Shown here piece by piece: positions 20,145 to 29,523 of a stretch of DNA of 64,000 nt; the first letter of the stretch is position 1; every line of letters starts with the position of its first letter. The translations under genes and the position numbers were made by a program. The stretch is from Thermodesulfobacteriota bacterium (lineage in GTDB: Bacteria > Desulfobacterota_D > UBA1144 > Nemesobacterales > UBA2774). The notes under the pieces are model-generated. The model saw nothing but the letters and a program-made list of their open reading frames with translations. It was not told where the DNA came from and searched no databases. The stretch spans positions 1,120,001-1,184,000 of the forward strand of contig OZ244991.1 of the NCBI GenBank assembly GCA_965223335.1, in the 5' to 3' direction.

Positions 20145-23100
20145 TTTTAAGAGGTTTAGAAGTATCACATACAAACTACAGCTCATTTTATTTGTTGTGG
20201 CTATTGCAATGATAACAGGGGCCAGAGCAGAAGAGATTATCAAAAACGATGTAGAGGACGTTAATTTGCTTATCAGTTCACTTTTGGGTGGACAATCCAA
20301 CATACTCGTAATATTAGACAGCTCGGGCTCTATGGGTCTTAACTTTGGTGGAGATCAGGTGGCTAAGTGGGCGCAGCATAGCAATGTAGCATACTGTGAA
20401 TATTTTTGGGGTAATTCATATGACAGAGCGCAGTGCATTGCAAATGCAACTGGAACAAGTCCCTGCGGTAGTATTTCATGTACTTCGAAGGGGGGAGTTT
20501 GCGATAACCAAGAGGACTTTGAAAGTTTTCTCCAGTGTATCGAGAGCCCGACAGACCCAAGAGACGGTGTTTCTCCATGGTATGGAGACCTTGTCGGTAA
20601 TGGTAATGCGAACGATTCTATTGTAGATGATATATATCAAAAAGTAGTTGTTGAAGAGTGTGGTAGTCCCATTAGCGACCCCAACCCCAGGACCTATTGT
20701 GATACAGTTTCAGAATGGCAAAAAGCAGCAGCGGCCTTGGACGCGTATGCCCTCAAGCTTGCACATGATGATGAGCCATCAACCTTTCCGCTTGACTGCG
20801 CATCCCAATATTGTGCCGGTGGGAGCGAAGCATACTGCGATACAACTGAATACAATGATTTCAAAACATGTATGCAATCAAATAGAATTCAGCCGACATC
20901 GACCAGTTGTACAAACGGTGAAGACTGCTCACATGGAGAGTATGGTTCTACAAGAATGGATGGGGCTTTGGCTGCTTTTTTTGATCTCTTAGATGCTGAT
21001 GATTCTTTAGGCGATGTACTATGTGATGACCCGTCTATGATGTTTGATGGCTCAAATAATTCAATAACCTGTTTGGATTACATGTATACACCATTTAGAG
21101 ATGTGCGCCAGATTGTTAAGGGAACCGGAACTTCTTCTAAATTGCCAATTACGGCTAGACAAGACAAACCACTATTAGATGTATTGAATGACGATGATGC
21201 CGACATTTTGGGGTTTAGATTTAGACCTATGACTTATGGTGGTCGAAATAGTGGAGGAGGTTGTAATAGTGCATCTATTCCACAGGGCGGGTTTGCTGGT
21301 TCGAGTAAAGCGGATCTAGATAATGTTTGGAAATTTTTTAGGGATATACAACCCTTTGGTGGTACACCTTTGGCAAATACCTTGGGATTTGATGACAATA
21401 ACAGCCCCAATTCAACAATCGGAAAGGATGCACTCAGTGCATTCAGAGTCGAGTTGCAGACCGATCCTGCAATCTCCTGCAGACCCGAATTCGCCATTGT
21501 TATTACCGACGGTCAAGATACATGCTCTGGTGAATCGCCGACGTACAACACTGGAAGAACAACAGGAAACTCAAACCGCAGGAGCACCATACAAGCCGTA
21601 AGCAATTTAAGGACTTACTACACTAGGAATCCTGTACAAAACAGAGGCTCTACACATAAAAAGGAGATTCTCACTTTTGTGATCGCTCTAGGTATTAAGA
21701 GTGAAGAGGCCATCAGGAATTTGAATGCTATGGCACTTGCTGGTGGTACTCATACGGAGGGAATCATAAACCACATAGGACCTGATGGAGTCCCACTAAC
21801 CAGTGGTGTCGATATAACTCAAAAGCTGCCGGGAACTTCGAACGAAGGTCTTAGGGCGTTGGCAACAGCAGAAGTAAATCTTTCTAATCTTTCAAACGGT
21901 GCTGGCGCAGTGACTCTACAAGGCTGCTTAACTCCTGTTGAAGACTCGGGAATTACTGGACAGGGTCAGGGGGCCCATTGCTCAATCGGTTCTTACGATC
22001 TATTTCACAATTATTTCTTTGAAAATCCGGGGCCGTTGGAATCAACCACGGCAGGTAGCAGTTTTGCTTTCTTTGTAAATACACCCCAAGAGCTCGTTCA
22101 GGCACTAGAGACTATATTTGGCTATGCTACTACATTTAGTACCACCGGTACCGCGCCTACTGCTCCACAATCCTCAACGGCTGTGGCTGCCAGAGACAGG
22201 ATATTCCTATCAATACTAAGACCTCTTACAGATGAGCGTTTTTGGCAGGGCAGACTTGGCCTATATAGCTTTGTACCCGTACCCAATGAGCCCGGTACAA
22301 GGACAATTATCAGAAGGCCAGAGTCAGGTCATAATTTAAATAATGCAAGTACAGTTAGTAGCCTTTCAATATTTGCCGATGATGGGTCTTTAAATACAAA
22401 TGCACAGTACTTCTTTTGGGATGCCGGAAAAGAGCTTGCAGAACGCGATATTGCCGCCGATCCGAGAAGGATATTTACTGTAGACAGGGCTAACGACGTC
22501 GATGAGGAAACCAATGGGAGCCTGGTCGAGAGGATAAGATACGAGGGCGAACGGATGGACTTCTGTCTAGACGGAACAACCGGGTGTACTAATGGGCTTG
22601 ATCTGACTGATTTCGGTATAAGTGATGATGATGTCACAGATCCTATTCCGGTGTTCTGTAGGGGTAATACTCTTTCGGGCGGTGAACCTAATATAGGGGC
22701 TGTTGCGGATTGCTCGGCTGATTGCGCAACTACACCGTTTACCACCGCATGTAACGACTGTGTAAAGGGTTGTATTGCCACAAAAATTGTAGACTTTTTT
22801 AGCGGCAACACTTATATCGAGACGCGTGGTGACCCCTTGGGAATACCGTCAACTGGGACTTGTCCGTCACCGGACGGATTTTTCGGGTGTGATTGCCCCG
22901 ATTTTAATAATGATCCCTTCACAGGCAGTTTTTCACAGTGCTCGGTTAGACTTGGGGACATATTCCATGGTGCACCTGTGCTAGTGGCATCACCCAACCC
23001 GTTATTTTTTGACGTAGGTTTCCAGGCGTTTGGGGCCGGTGTACGAGAAAGATCCGCAGCAGTGTATATAAATGCGAATGACGGAGGGATACACAGCTTT

Positions 23101-24978
23101 CATGCAGGTGAGTTACAAGATGCAAGTCCATCCAATCCGATTAGAAACCCGTTTACTAATCAGGATGAAACGGTGCCGTTTTTTAATCAGGGAAGCGGAA
23201 GAGAGCTGTTTATGTTTATTACTCCCAGCTTCCAGCCCGATTCCATTTCGGATAACGGGCCATTTACACCTGCTGATCCAAGCGGGACCAGTGTTACAGG
23301 GATACCGCCCGACTACAGGTTCGGGGACATGAAGTCGTTTATGACCGAAAATCTGGTACAGCGGTCCTGGTTCGATGGTACTCCGCTCGTAGCAGATGTG
23401 TTTATTGATGGGTACGATAACGGAGTACCAGATACTGCTAACCTATGCCAAAGTGTAGATGCGGATGGTGAGATTGATGTGTGTGGTAGAGAATGGCATA
23501 GCGTACTGTTAACCGGATATAGAAATGGCGGAGGGGCATACACAGCCCTCGATGTTACGAATCCCAAATGCAGTCAGACAGATTGCAATACATTTGACGA
23601 TAACAGTATCCACCTTACTAACGGTTCCGAGTATCCGCGCCACCTGTGGACTTTGTTTGACAAAGATTTCGGCAACAGCTGGTCAGACGTAACTATCGGC
23701 AGAGCACGTATGCAGACCGAGATTGGCGGTAGTACTATTTTTGCTGATAGATGGCTAATGTTTGTTGGCGGAGGGTTAGACCCAATAGATACAGACCCGC
23801 TGAACGGTGTCCAGTTCGGCAATGCATTCTATGCTGTAGATATTACCACGGGGCAGATCGTGTTTAAGTTCCACCCCAATGACCCTATACCTACAAACTT
23901 CCCCGATCCTGATAACAATACGGATCATATGACTTGTGATATGGCCGCTAAAGTGGGCGCTTTCGATCTAAACAATGACGGTTATATAGATGTTGTATAT
24001 GCAGGTGACACATGCGGGCGCCTTTGGGAGTTTGATGTGTCCATGCCTATAATCGATACAGATTCCAATGTAGCGAATACAGGCGGGCCCCCGGCAGATC
24101 AGTCGGGATTAGACCCGGACATAGAAGCTAGTGACTGGACGGGGCATATAGCATTTTGTGCAGTTGATGATATTACTGACTGTAATAACCCGGCTAATAT
24201 TGCTACGGACGAGAGGGAGCCTATATTCTATGCACCTACTGTTATTCTGGACGATTTGGGCCGCAGGCATGTGATCGTAGGTACTGGTAGCAGAAGAAAC
24301 CCGACTAGCCTAGAACAGTTTGGAAGGCTTTATAATTTCGTCGATCCATTCATTCCTGCTTTCTTAGCCGGGGGTGGTGCAGTAGGAGCGACTACTAAGC
24401 TAAGGAGTGATTTTGATTCCGGGTCGGGACAGGTGCTTGACCTTGTGCCTACAGGAAACGGCGACAATTTCTTTGAAATACAGGGGACCGATCCCCAAAA
24501 TAACCAGGGTGAGTTTATGGTGAACTTTCCCAATAATATCGGTACAAGTGGAGGTACTACGACCAGTAGCCCGCAAGGTGAGAAGGCTGTTGGAACCCCG
24601 GTTGTAGTAAATAGAGTTCTTATCTTCACGACATTCGCACCGCCTAATGATAATAATGCGGGTAACGCGTGCTTAGCGGGTTTGGGAGAAGGGCGCATAT
24701 TTGCACTGGACTATCTCTCAGGTCTGCCGGCTCTAAATAGAGTGCCGGGGGCAAGCGGCTTGCTTGGCACTCAGACGAATCCCGATGATATATCCGGGCT
24801 CACAGCCGCAGAAGGCATGCCAGCCCCTGCTCAGCTGACATACGGCACCAGGGGATCTGTGCTCTTGACTGTAGCGTTCTCAGGGGGTCCAAGTGTAGGT
24901 GGAGCTACATTTTTTGTTTGGGAGCTCCCACCGTTCCCGTCTAGAACACAGACCTTGTACTGGGAAGAGATATTGTAA
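20134..24978 (+). CDS. pilY1: PilY1/PilC pilus tip adhesin (copy 2, ~1614 aa), vWA N-domain with intact MIDAS
   Basis: Signal peptide; ILDSSGSMG, GGTPLA and ITDGQD MIDAS elements; LGDIFHG; Ca-loop DLNNDGYID; terminal YWEEIL. Confidence 0.88.
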   Translation: MFTSFKRFRSITYKLQLILFVVAIAMITGARAEEIIKNDVEDVNLLISSLLGGQSNILVILDSSGSMGLNFGGDQVAKWAQHSNVAYCEYFWGNSYDRAQCIANATGTSPCGSISCTSKGGVCDNQEDFESFLQCIESPTDPRDGVSPWYGDLVGNGNANDSIVDDIYQKVVVEECGSPISDPNPRTYCDTVSEWQKAAAALDAYALKLAHDDEPSTFPLDCASQYCAGGSEAYCDTTEYNDFKTCMQSNRIQPTSTSCTNGEDCSHGEYGSTRMDGALAAFFDLLDADDSLGDVLCDDPSMMFDGSNNSITCLDYMYTPFRDVRQIVKGTGTSSKLPITARQDKPLLDVLNDDDADILGFRFRPMTYGGRNSGGGCNSASIPQGGFAGSSKADLDNVWKFFRDIQPFGGTPLANTLGFDDNNSPNSTIGKDALSAFRVELQTDPAISCRPEFAIVITDGQDTCSGESPTYNTGRTTGNSNRRSTIQAVSNLRTYYTRNPVQNRGSTHKKEILTFVIALGIKSEEAIRNLNAMALAGGTHTEGIINHIGPDGVPLTSGVDITQKLPGTSNEGLRALATAEVNLSNLSNGAGAVTLQGCLTPVEDSGITGQGQGAHCSIGSYDLFHNYFFENPGPLESTTAGSSFAFFVNTPQELVQALETIFGYATTFSTTGTAPTAPQSSTAVAARDRIFLSILRPLTDERFWQGRLGLYSFVPVPNEPGTRTIIRRPESGHNLNNASTVSSLSIFADDGSLNTNAQYFFWDAGKELAERDIAADPRRIFTVDRANDVDEETNGSLVERIRYEGERMDFCLDGTTGCTNGLDLTDFGISDDDVTDPIPVFCRGNTLSGGEPNIGAVADCSADCATTPFTTACNDCVKGCIATKIVDFFSGNTYIETRGDPLGIPSTGTCPSPDGFFGCDCPDFNNDPFTGSFSQCSVRLGDIFHGAPVLVASPNPLFFDVGFQAFGAGVRERSAAVYINANDGGIHSFHAGELQDASPSNPIRNPFTNQDETVPFFNQGSGRELFMFITPSFQPDSISDNGPFTPADPSGTSVTGIPPDYRFGDMKSFMTENLVQRSWFDGTPLVADVFIDGYDNGVPDTANLCQSVDADGEIDVCGREWHSVLLTGYRNGGGAYTALDVTNPKCSQTDCNTFDDNSIHLTNGSEYPRHLWTLFDKDFGNSWSDVTIGRARMQTEIGGSTIFADRWLMFVGGGLDPIDTDPLNGVQFGNAFYAVDITTGQIVFKFHPNDPIPTNFPDPDNNTDHMTCDMAAKVGAFDLNNDGYIDVVYAGDTCGRLWEFDVSMPIIDTDSNVANTGGPPADQSGLDPDIEASDWTGHIAFCAVDDITDCNNPANIATDEREPIFYAPTVILDDLGRRHVIVGTGSRRNPTSLEQFGRLYNFVDPFIPAFLAGGGAVGATTKLRSDFDSGSGQVLDLVPTGNGDNFFEIQGTDPQNNQGEFMVNFPNNIGTSGGTTTSSPQGEKAVGTPVVVNRVLIFTTFAPPNDNNAGNACLAGLGEGRIFALDYLSGLPALNRVPGASGLLGTQTNPDDISGLTAAEGMPAPAQLTYGTRGSVLLTVAFSGGPSVGGATFFVWELPPFPSRTQTLYWEEIL

Positions 24979-24995
24979 TGAGGGGAGGCAAAGCG

Positions 24996-25559
24996 ATGAA
25001 GTTTCTTAAAAACAACAAGGGCTACAATATTATAGAGGTACTTATAGTTGCGTCTGTAATGTCTATACTCATTGTAGTTGGGGCGTCCAACTTCTCAAGC
25101 AAATTTGGATCACGACGCTCGGTGGACGATGTTGCACACAAAATTACCTCTACACTTCAGTTCATCAAACTAAAGGCGGGCAGGGAAGGTGTAGAGTACC
25201 AGGCTAACATCGCATTCGATGATACCGATGTTACCGATCAATTTGTAACAATTACAACCAGCAAGGGCGACAGCAATATAAACTCTGCTAATTTTAACCA
25301 AGAGGAGGTGATTCGGATAGAGGTCATACCCGAATTGATTGTTGACCCTGCTAATTATGACATAACGTATCGTCCCAACGGTACTATAGATGCTGCGGGG
25401 ATTGGGGACATAGCTATCTACCCACTAGCAGGCTCATCGATAAAGAAATGCGGGGGGATATCTGTGAACAGGTTCGGCAGGCTTAACGTTGTGAACGGCA
25501 ACTGGGATTATGTTAATAGTGTGTGTGATAGGATTGGGGACCAGCAGGCTGCCCCGTAA
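24996..25559 (+). CDS. FimT/FimU (GspH-like) minor pilin (copy 2)
   Basis: NKG|YNIIEVLIV; paralogue of 16615..17172 with a diverged central region. Confidence 0.78.
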   Translation: MKFLKNNKGYNIIEVLIVASVMSILIVVGASNFSSKFGSRRSVDDVAHKITSTLQFIKLKAGREGVEYQANIAFDDTDVTDQFVTITTSKGDSNINSANFNQEEVIRIEVIPELIVDPANYDITYRPNGTIDAAGIGDIAIYPLAGSSIKKCGGISVNRFGRLNVVNGNWDYVNSVCDRIGDQQAAP

Positions 25560-25680
25560 TTGTTAAAACAGGCTAATTTCTCTGTTAATCGATTTGTATA
25601 ACTCCTACTAAAAGATGTAAAATCATCTCATCTAAAGCTGTTCTATATTTATAAAGTAGAACACACCTTCCGGCTATTTA

Positions 25681-26508
25681 ATGAGATCCTTACGCGTACT
25701 AATCACTCTAAGCAGGCCGCTTGGGTGGCTTCTAGCCCCTCTTGTTTATTTAATCGGGCTATTCTATTCGGGCGCAACACTTAGCGGGGTATCGATTTTA
25801 CAAATCATGCTTTTATCGTTCCCGTTCTGCATAGTTCTATTTGGTATAAACGATATCTATGATTACGGCTCCGATAAATTAAACCCCCGCAAGAACCCGC
25901 TCGATCTCACAGATAAAGACTTCCACGTAATAAAATCATCTGCGGTTGTTGTTATACTCGGCTTATTGTTGTCTGCGGTACTTACCAAGAGCGTATTTAA
26001 CATTGCCATTATGGTATTACTTATTTTTTTCTCTTATTTTTACTCAGCGCCACCACTTAGGTTCAAAGAACGCCCCCCGCTAGACAGTGTCTCAAACGGG
26101 CTTATTTTTCTTTTGGTTTTTGCACTGGGCTACAGCCTTGGAAAACCGGTCTACGACATACCTCTCAAAATCTATCTGGTCGGGCTCTGCGTGTCGGGGA
26201 TTCATGCCTACAGCACTGTTATGGATTACGACACCGATAACGCAGTCGGCCACAAAACATTTTCTACCGTATACGGGAAAAGGACAGCGTGCCTCTATGC
26301 GCTATTGTGTTTTCTAAGCGCTCTTTTCTTTGCGAAAATTGGTAGGGACTCAATCAACTATTATTTTGCTTTTTGCTCAATAATTTTTGTTGTTGCTTTC
26401 ATACACCCCACGCGCCGTGTCGCTTATTTTTTATTCCGCTTAATTTTCGCAGGCTTTATGGTGACGGCACTTGTCTTTGTTTACCCCTATCTGAGGGCTT
26501 TAGCCTAA
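25681..26508 (+). CDS. UbiA-family prenyltransferase (resembles the lycopene elongase subgroup)
   Basis: SRP start, GINDIYDYGSDKLNPRK first Asp-rich motif, YSAPPLRFKERPPLDS, second motif DYDTD; multiple TM helices. Confidence 0.82.
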   Translation: MRSLRVLITLSRPLGWLLAPLVYLIGLFYSGATLSGVSILQIMLLSFPFCIVLFGINDIYDYGSDKLNPRKNPLDLTDKDFHVIKSSAVVVILGLLLSAVLTKSVFNIAIMVLLIFFSYFYSAPPLRFKERPPLDSVSNGLIFLLVFALGYSLGKPVYDIPLKIYLVGLCVSGIHAYSTVMDYDTDNAVGHKTFSTVYGKRTACLYALLCFLSALFFAKIGRDSINYYFAFCSIIFVVAFIHPTRRVAYFLFRLIFAGFMVTALVFVYPYLRALA

Positions 26509-26558
26509 AAGAGCATTTTATCGTTAAGCCCGATCACTATCCCAGCTGTAACTTAAAA

Positions 26559-26587
26559 TTGACATGAAAATGTATAGAATAGATAAT
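26559..26587 (+). promoter_or_regulatory. Sigma70-type promoter of ilvD
   Basis: TTGACA-N17-GATAAT upstream of the GGAGGT RBS. Confidence 0.6.
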
Positions 26588-26619
26588 TAGTGGACTATGA
26601 ATTTTATCGGGAGGTTTAA

Positions 26620-28323
26620 GTGAAATCCAAGAAACAAGCAAACGGTAAAGCCACGGAGGCTAGACGGTTTTCTTCGGTATTTGTAGAGGGTGCAGACCGC
26701 GCACCCAGCCGCGCAATGCTACGAGCAGTGGGCTTTAAAGACAGGGACTTTAAGAAGCCTGTGGTTGGGGTGGCATCCACTTGGAGCATGGTGACTCCCT
26801 GCAATATGCACATTGACCAGCTCGCAAAACAGGCTGCAAAAGGTGTTGATAAAGCAGGGGGTAAATCGATCGTATTCAACACCATTACCGTGTCTGACGG
26901 GATCTCGATGGGCACACCTGGCATGCGATATTCGTTAGTATCCAGAGAGGTCATTGCCGACTCTATCGAGACTGTTACGGCGGGGGAGGGGTTTGACGGC
27001 CTAGTGACCATAGGGGGCTGCGATAAAAATATGCCTGGCTGTTTAATAGCGATGTCACGTTTAAACCGTCCCTCGGTGTTTGTGTACGGGGGCACTATCC
27101 TCCCGGGCATCTACAAAGGTAAGCCGGTAGATGTGGTGTCGGTATTCGAGGCGGTAGGTGCACATGCCAACAAAGATATATCGGATCGCGAGCTAAAGGG
27201 TATTGAGTCCTGTGCGATTCCGGGTCCGGGATCCTGCGGGGGTATGTACACGGCCAACACCATGGCTTCTGCAATTGAGGCTCTGGGTATGAGCCTGCCC
27301 AATAGCTCGGCCCAGGCAGCAGTGTCGCGCGACAAACTAAATGATTGTCTTGAGGCCGGGGCTGCAGTGCTTAACCTAATCAACAAAGACATCCGACCAA
27401 GTGATATTATGACTAAGAAGGCGTTCGAAAACGCCATTACTGTAGTGATTGCACTGGGCGGGTCTACCAATGCGGTGCTCCACCTGCTGGCCATGGCACA
27501 TGCAATGAACGTAAATTTAAAGATAGATGACTTTAACCGTATAGGTAAAAAGGTGCCTGTGCTTGCGGACCTAAAACCGAGCGGCACCCACATGATGGTG
27601 GATTTCTGTAAAATCGGCGGCATAAAGCCGCTCATGAAAATGCTGCTCAATAAGGGGCTACTTCACGGAGACTGTATGACCGTTACGGGTAAAACTGTTA
27701 AACAAAATCTAAGGGGCACAAAAAGCTATCCTAGATCCCAACGTATCATTTCATCGTTTCGAGACCCCATAAAAAAAGACAGTCACATAGTGGTGCTAAG
27801 GGGCAATATCGCACCTGAGGGGGCGGTTGCGAAAATAACCGGGCACGAGGGCCACACCTTTACAGGTAAAGCAATCGTGTTTGATTCCGAAGAGGCGTCG
27901 CTTAAGGCAATATTGGGTGGCAGGGTAAAAAAAGGACACGTAATTGTGGTTAGATACGAAGGTCCACGGGGCGGGCCTGGTATGCGTGAGATGCTCGGGC
28001 CCACATCGGCAGTCATGGGCAAGGGTTTGGGCACGGACGTTGCACTCATTACCGACGGCAGGTTCTCGGGCGGGACCCATGGGTTTGTTGTGGGCCATAT
28101 AACCCCCGAGGCATCTGACGGAGGGGTGATTGCAGTTATTAAAAACGGTGACGAGATCACTATAGACTCAAAGAAAAAAGAGATCAATTTAAAACTCTCT
28201 AAAGCCGAGATTGCTAGGCGGCTTGCCAAGTGGAAAACCCCAAAGCCCAAAGAGAAAAAGGGTGTGCTGGCCAAATATGCAAAGCTTGTGTCCTCGGCAT
28301 CCGAGGGTGCAGTCACCGACTAG
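26620..28323 (+). CDS. ilvD: Dihydroxy-acid dehydratase
   Basis: [54 protein letters not shown]. Confidence 0.97.
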   Translation: MKSKKQANGKATEARRFSSVFVEGADRAPSRAMLRAVGFKDRDFKKPVVGVASTWSMVTPCNMHIDQLAKQAAKGVDKAGGKSIVFNTITVSDGISMGTPGMRYSLVSREVIADSIETVTAGEGFDGLVTIGGCDKNMPGCLIAMSRLNRPSVFVYGGTILPGIYKGKPVDVVSVFEAVGAHANKDISDRELKGIESCAIPGPGSCGGMYTANTMASAIEALGMSLPNSSAQAAVSRDKLNDCLEAGAAVLNLINKDIRPSDIMTKKAFENAITVVIALGGSTNAVLHLLAMAHAMNVNLKIDDFNRIGKKVPVLADLKPSGTHMMVDFCKIGGIKPLMKMLLNKGLLHGDCMTVTGKTVKQNLRGTKSYPRSQRIISSFRDPIKKDSHIVVLRGNIAPEGAVAKITGHEGHTFTGKAIVFDSEEASLKAILGGRVKKGHVIVVRYEGPRGGPGMREMLGPTSAVMGKGLGTDVALITDGRFSGGTHGFVVGHITPEASDGGVIAVIKNGDEITIDSKKKEINLKLSKAEIARRLAKWKTPKPKEKKGVLAKYAKLVSSASEGAVTD

Positions 28324-28443
28324 GGTCTACACTCACTACTCTGCCCCGGATACTGCACTCGGAGATGGTCTCAGACCATGGGTATATTGAGTAATCTGTT
28401 TTTAAGCCGTAATATTACTCAATACATATTGATGGGGTAAAAG

Positions 28444-29451
28444 TTGAGAGATCGAGTGATGGGTAACTATATATTCTCTGTTTATAGTATTGTGTGCACT
28501 ATTATTAAGTCCCTGGTATTGGTTGTAGTCATTACGTTTCCGATCCAAGCCAAGGGGAGTCCCCCGCTCCTTAGCACCGAGATAATTGGGCACCGGCAGG
28601 TCTACACAGTTAAACCCGGCGATACTCTGTCCAAGATATCCAAGCGCAACAATGTGCCGACCAACAAGATTCTAAAAATGGGCCCGAACTCAAACCGTAA
28701 CCACCTGGTTGTGGGCCAAAAGCTCGTTATATCAGAACGTAAAATACTTCCCAAGGCTATTGAAGACGGCATCATTATTAACCTCCCCGAGTATAGCCTG
28801 TATCAGTTCCAAAACGGGGTCTTGAAAAATGTTTACCCGATTGCGATAGGCAAACGCAGTTGGCACACCCCCACAGGGATTTTCCACATCTCGCAAAAGG
28901 CAAGAAACCCGTCTTGGCAGGTCCCCCCCGGTATGATACGGAGGCTTAAGATGGCGCGCAAGGTTGTACCGCCCGGGCCGCGTAACCCTCTGGGGGAGGT
29001 ATGGATAGGTCTCGATCTGCCGCATATCGGTATTCATTCTACTAACAAACCATCGACCGTGGGTAAAGCCAGGAGTCACGGATGTATGCGGATGTACCCT
29101 AAAGATGCAAAATCTCTGTTCAACACTATTGAGGTCGGGGACCAGGGAGAGATAATTTACGAGCCGCTTAAGTTTGCAATTGAGGGTGGCGTAGTCTATA
29201 TCGAAGTGCATAGAGATGTGTATGGCAAGATACCGAATATGTACGAGGAGGCTCTTAGAAGGCTTGGTGACTGGGGACTTGGGCACAGAGTGGATCTGGA
29301 TAAAGTAGCCCAGGCTATTAGGAACGCCAATGGGGCTCCGGTAGCAATTAGCGGAGAAAATATTAGCATCACAGGATATCTCAAACAGGTTGAGCCGGCA
29401 ACTCATATTGATAATGACAGCACGATGTTGTGGAAGGGTAACGCTTTTTAA
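28444..29451 (+). CDS. LysM-containing L,D-transpeptidase (YkuD/ErfK family); start uncertain
   Basis: YTVKPGDTLSKIS LysM; YPIAIG, PPGPRNPLG, IGIHSTN...SHGCMRM catalytic motif. Confidence 0.92.
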   Translation: MRDRVMGNYIFSVYSIVCTIIKSLVLVVVITFPIQAKGSPPLLSTEIIGHRQVYTVKPGDTLSKISKRNNVPTNKILKMGPNSNRNHLVVGQKLVISERKILPKAIEDGIIINLPEYSLYQFQNGVLKNVYPIAIGKRSWHTPTGIFHISQKARNPSWQVPPGMIRRLKMARKVVPPGPRNPLGEVWIGLDLPHIGIHSTNKPSTVGKARSHGCMRMYPKDAKSLFNTIEVGDQGEIIYEPLKFAIEGGVVYIEVHRDVYGKIPNMYEEALRRLGDWGLGHRVDLDKVAQAIRNANGAPVAISGENISITGYLKQVEPATHIDNDSTMLWKGNAF

Positions 29452-29523
29452 AGATAGGGTATGTTGTTGCTCTATTAGCTCTTATCCCCTATAATTACTA
29501 TATATTTAAGTTAGAGATTAGAT

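Larger units (their letters stand above)
17484..20153 (+). repeat. Long direct repeat, copy B (partner 9013-11682)
   Basis: See copy A. Identity begins just before the prepilin cleavage codons of pilV and ends in codon 7 of pilY1. Confidence 0.96.

Noticed and set aside
9013..20153. Shufflon, invertible switch or DGR as the source of PilY1 variation
   Set aside because: The repeats are direct, there is no recombinase or reverse transcriptase in the window, and the differences are not adenine-specific.
22825..22833. RGD tripeptide in PilY1-2 (RND in PilY1-1)
   Set aside because: A tripeptide is expected by chance in 1,600 aa; no evidence of host association or surface exposure.
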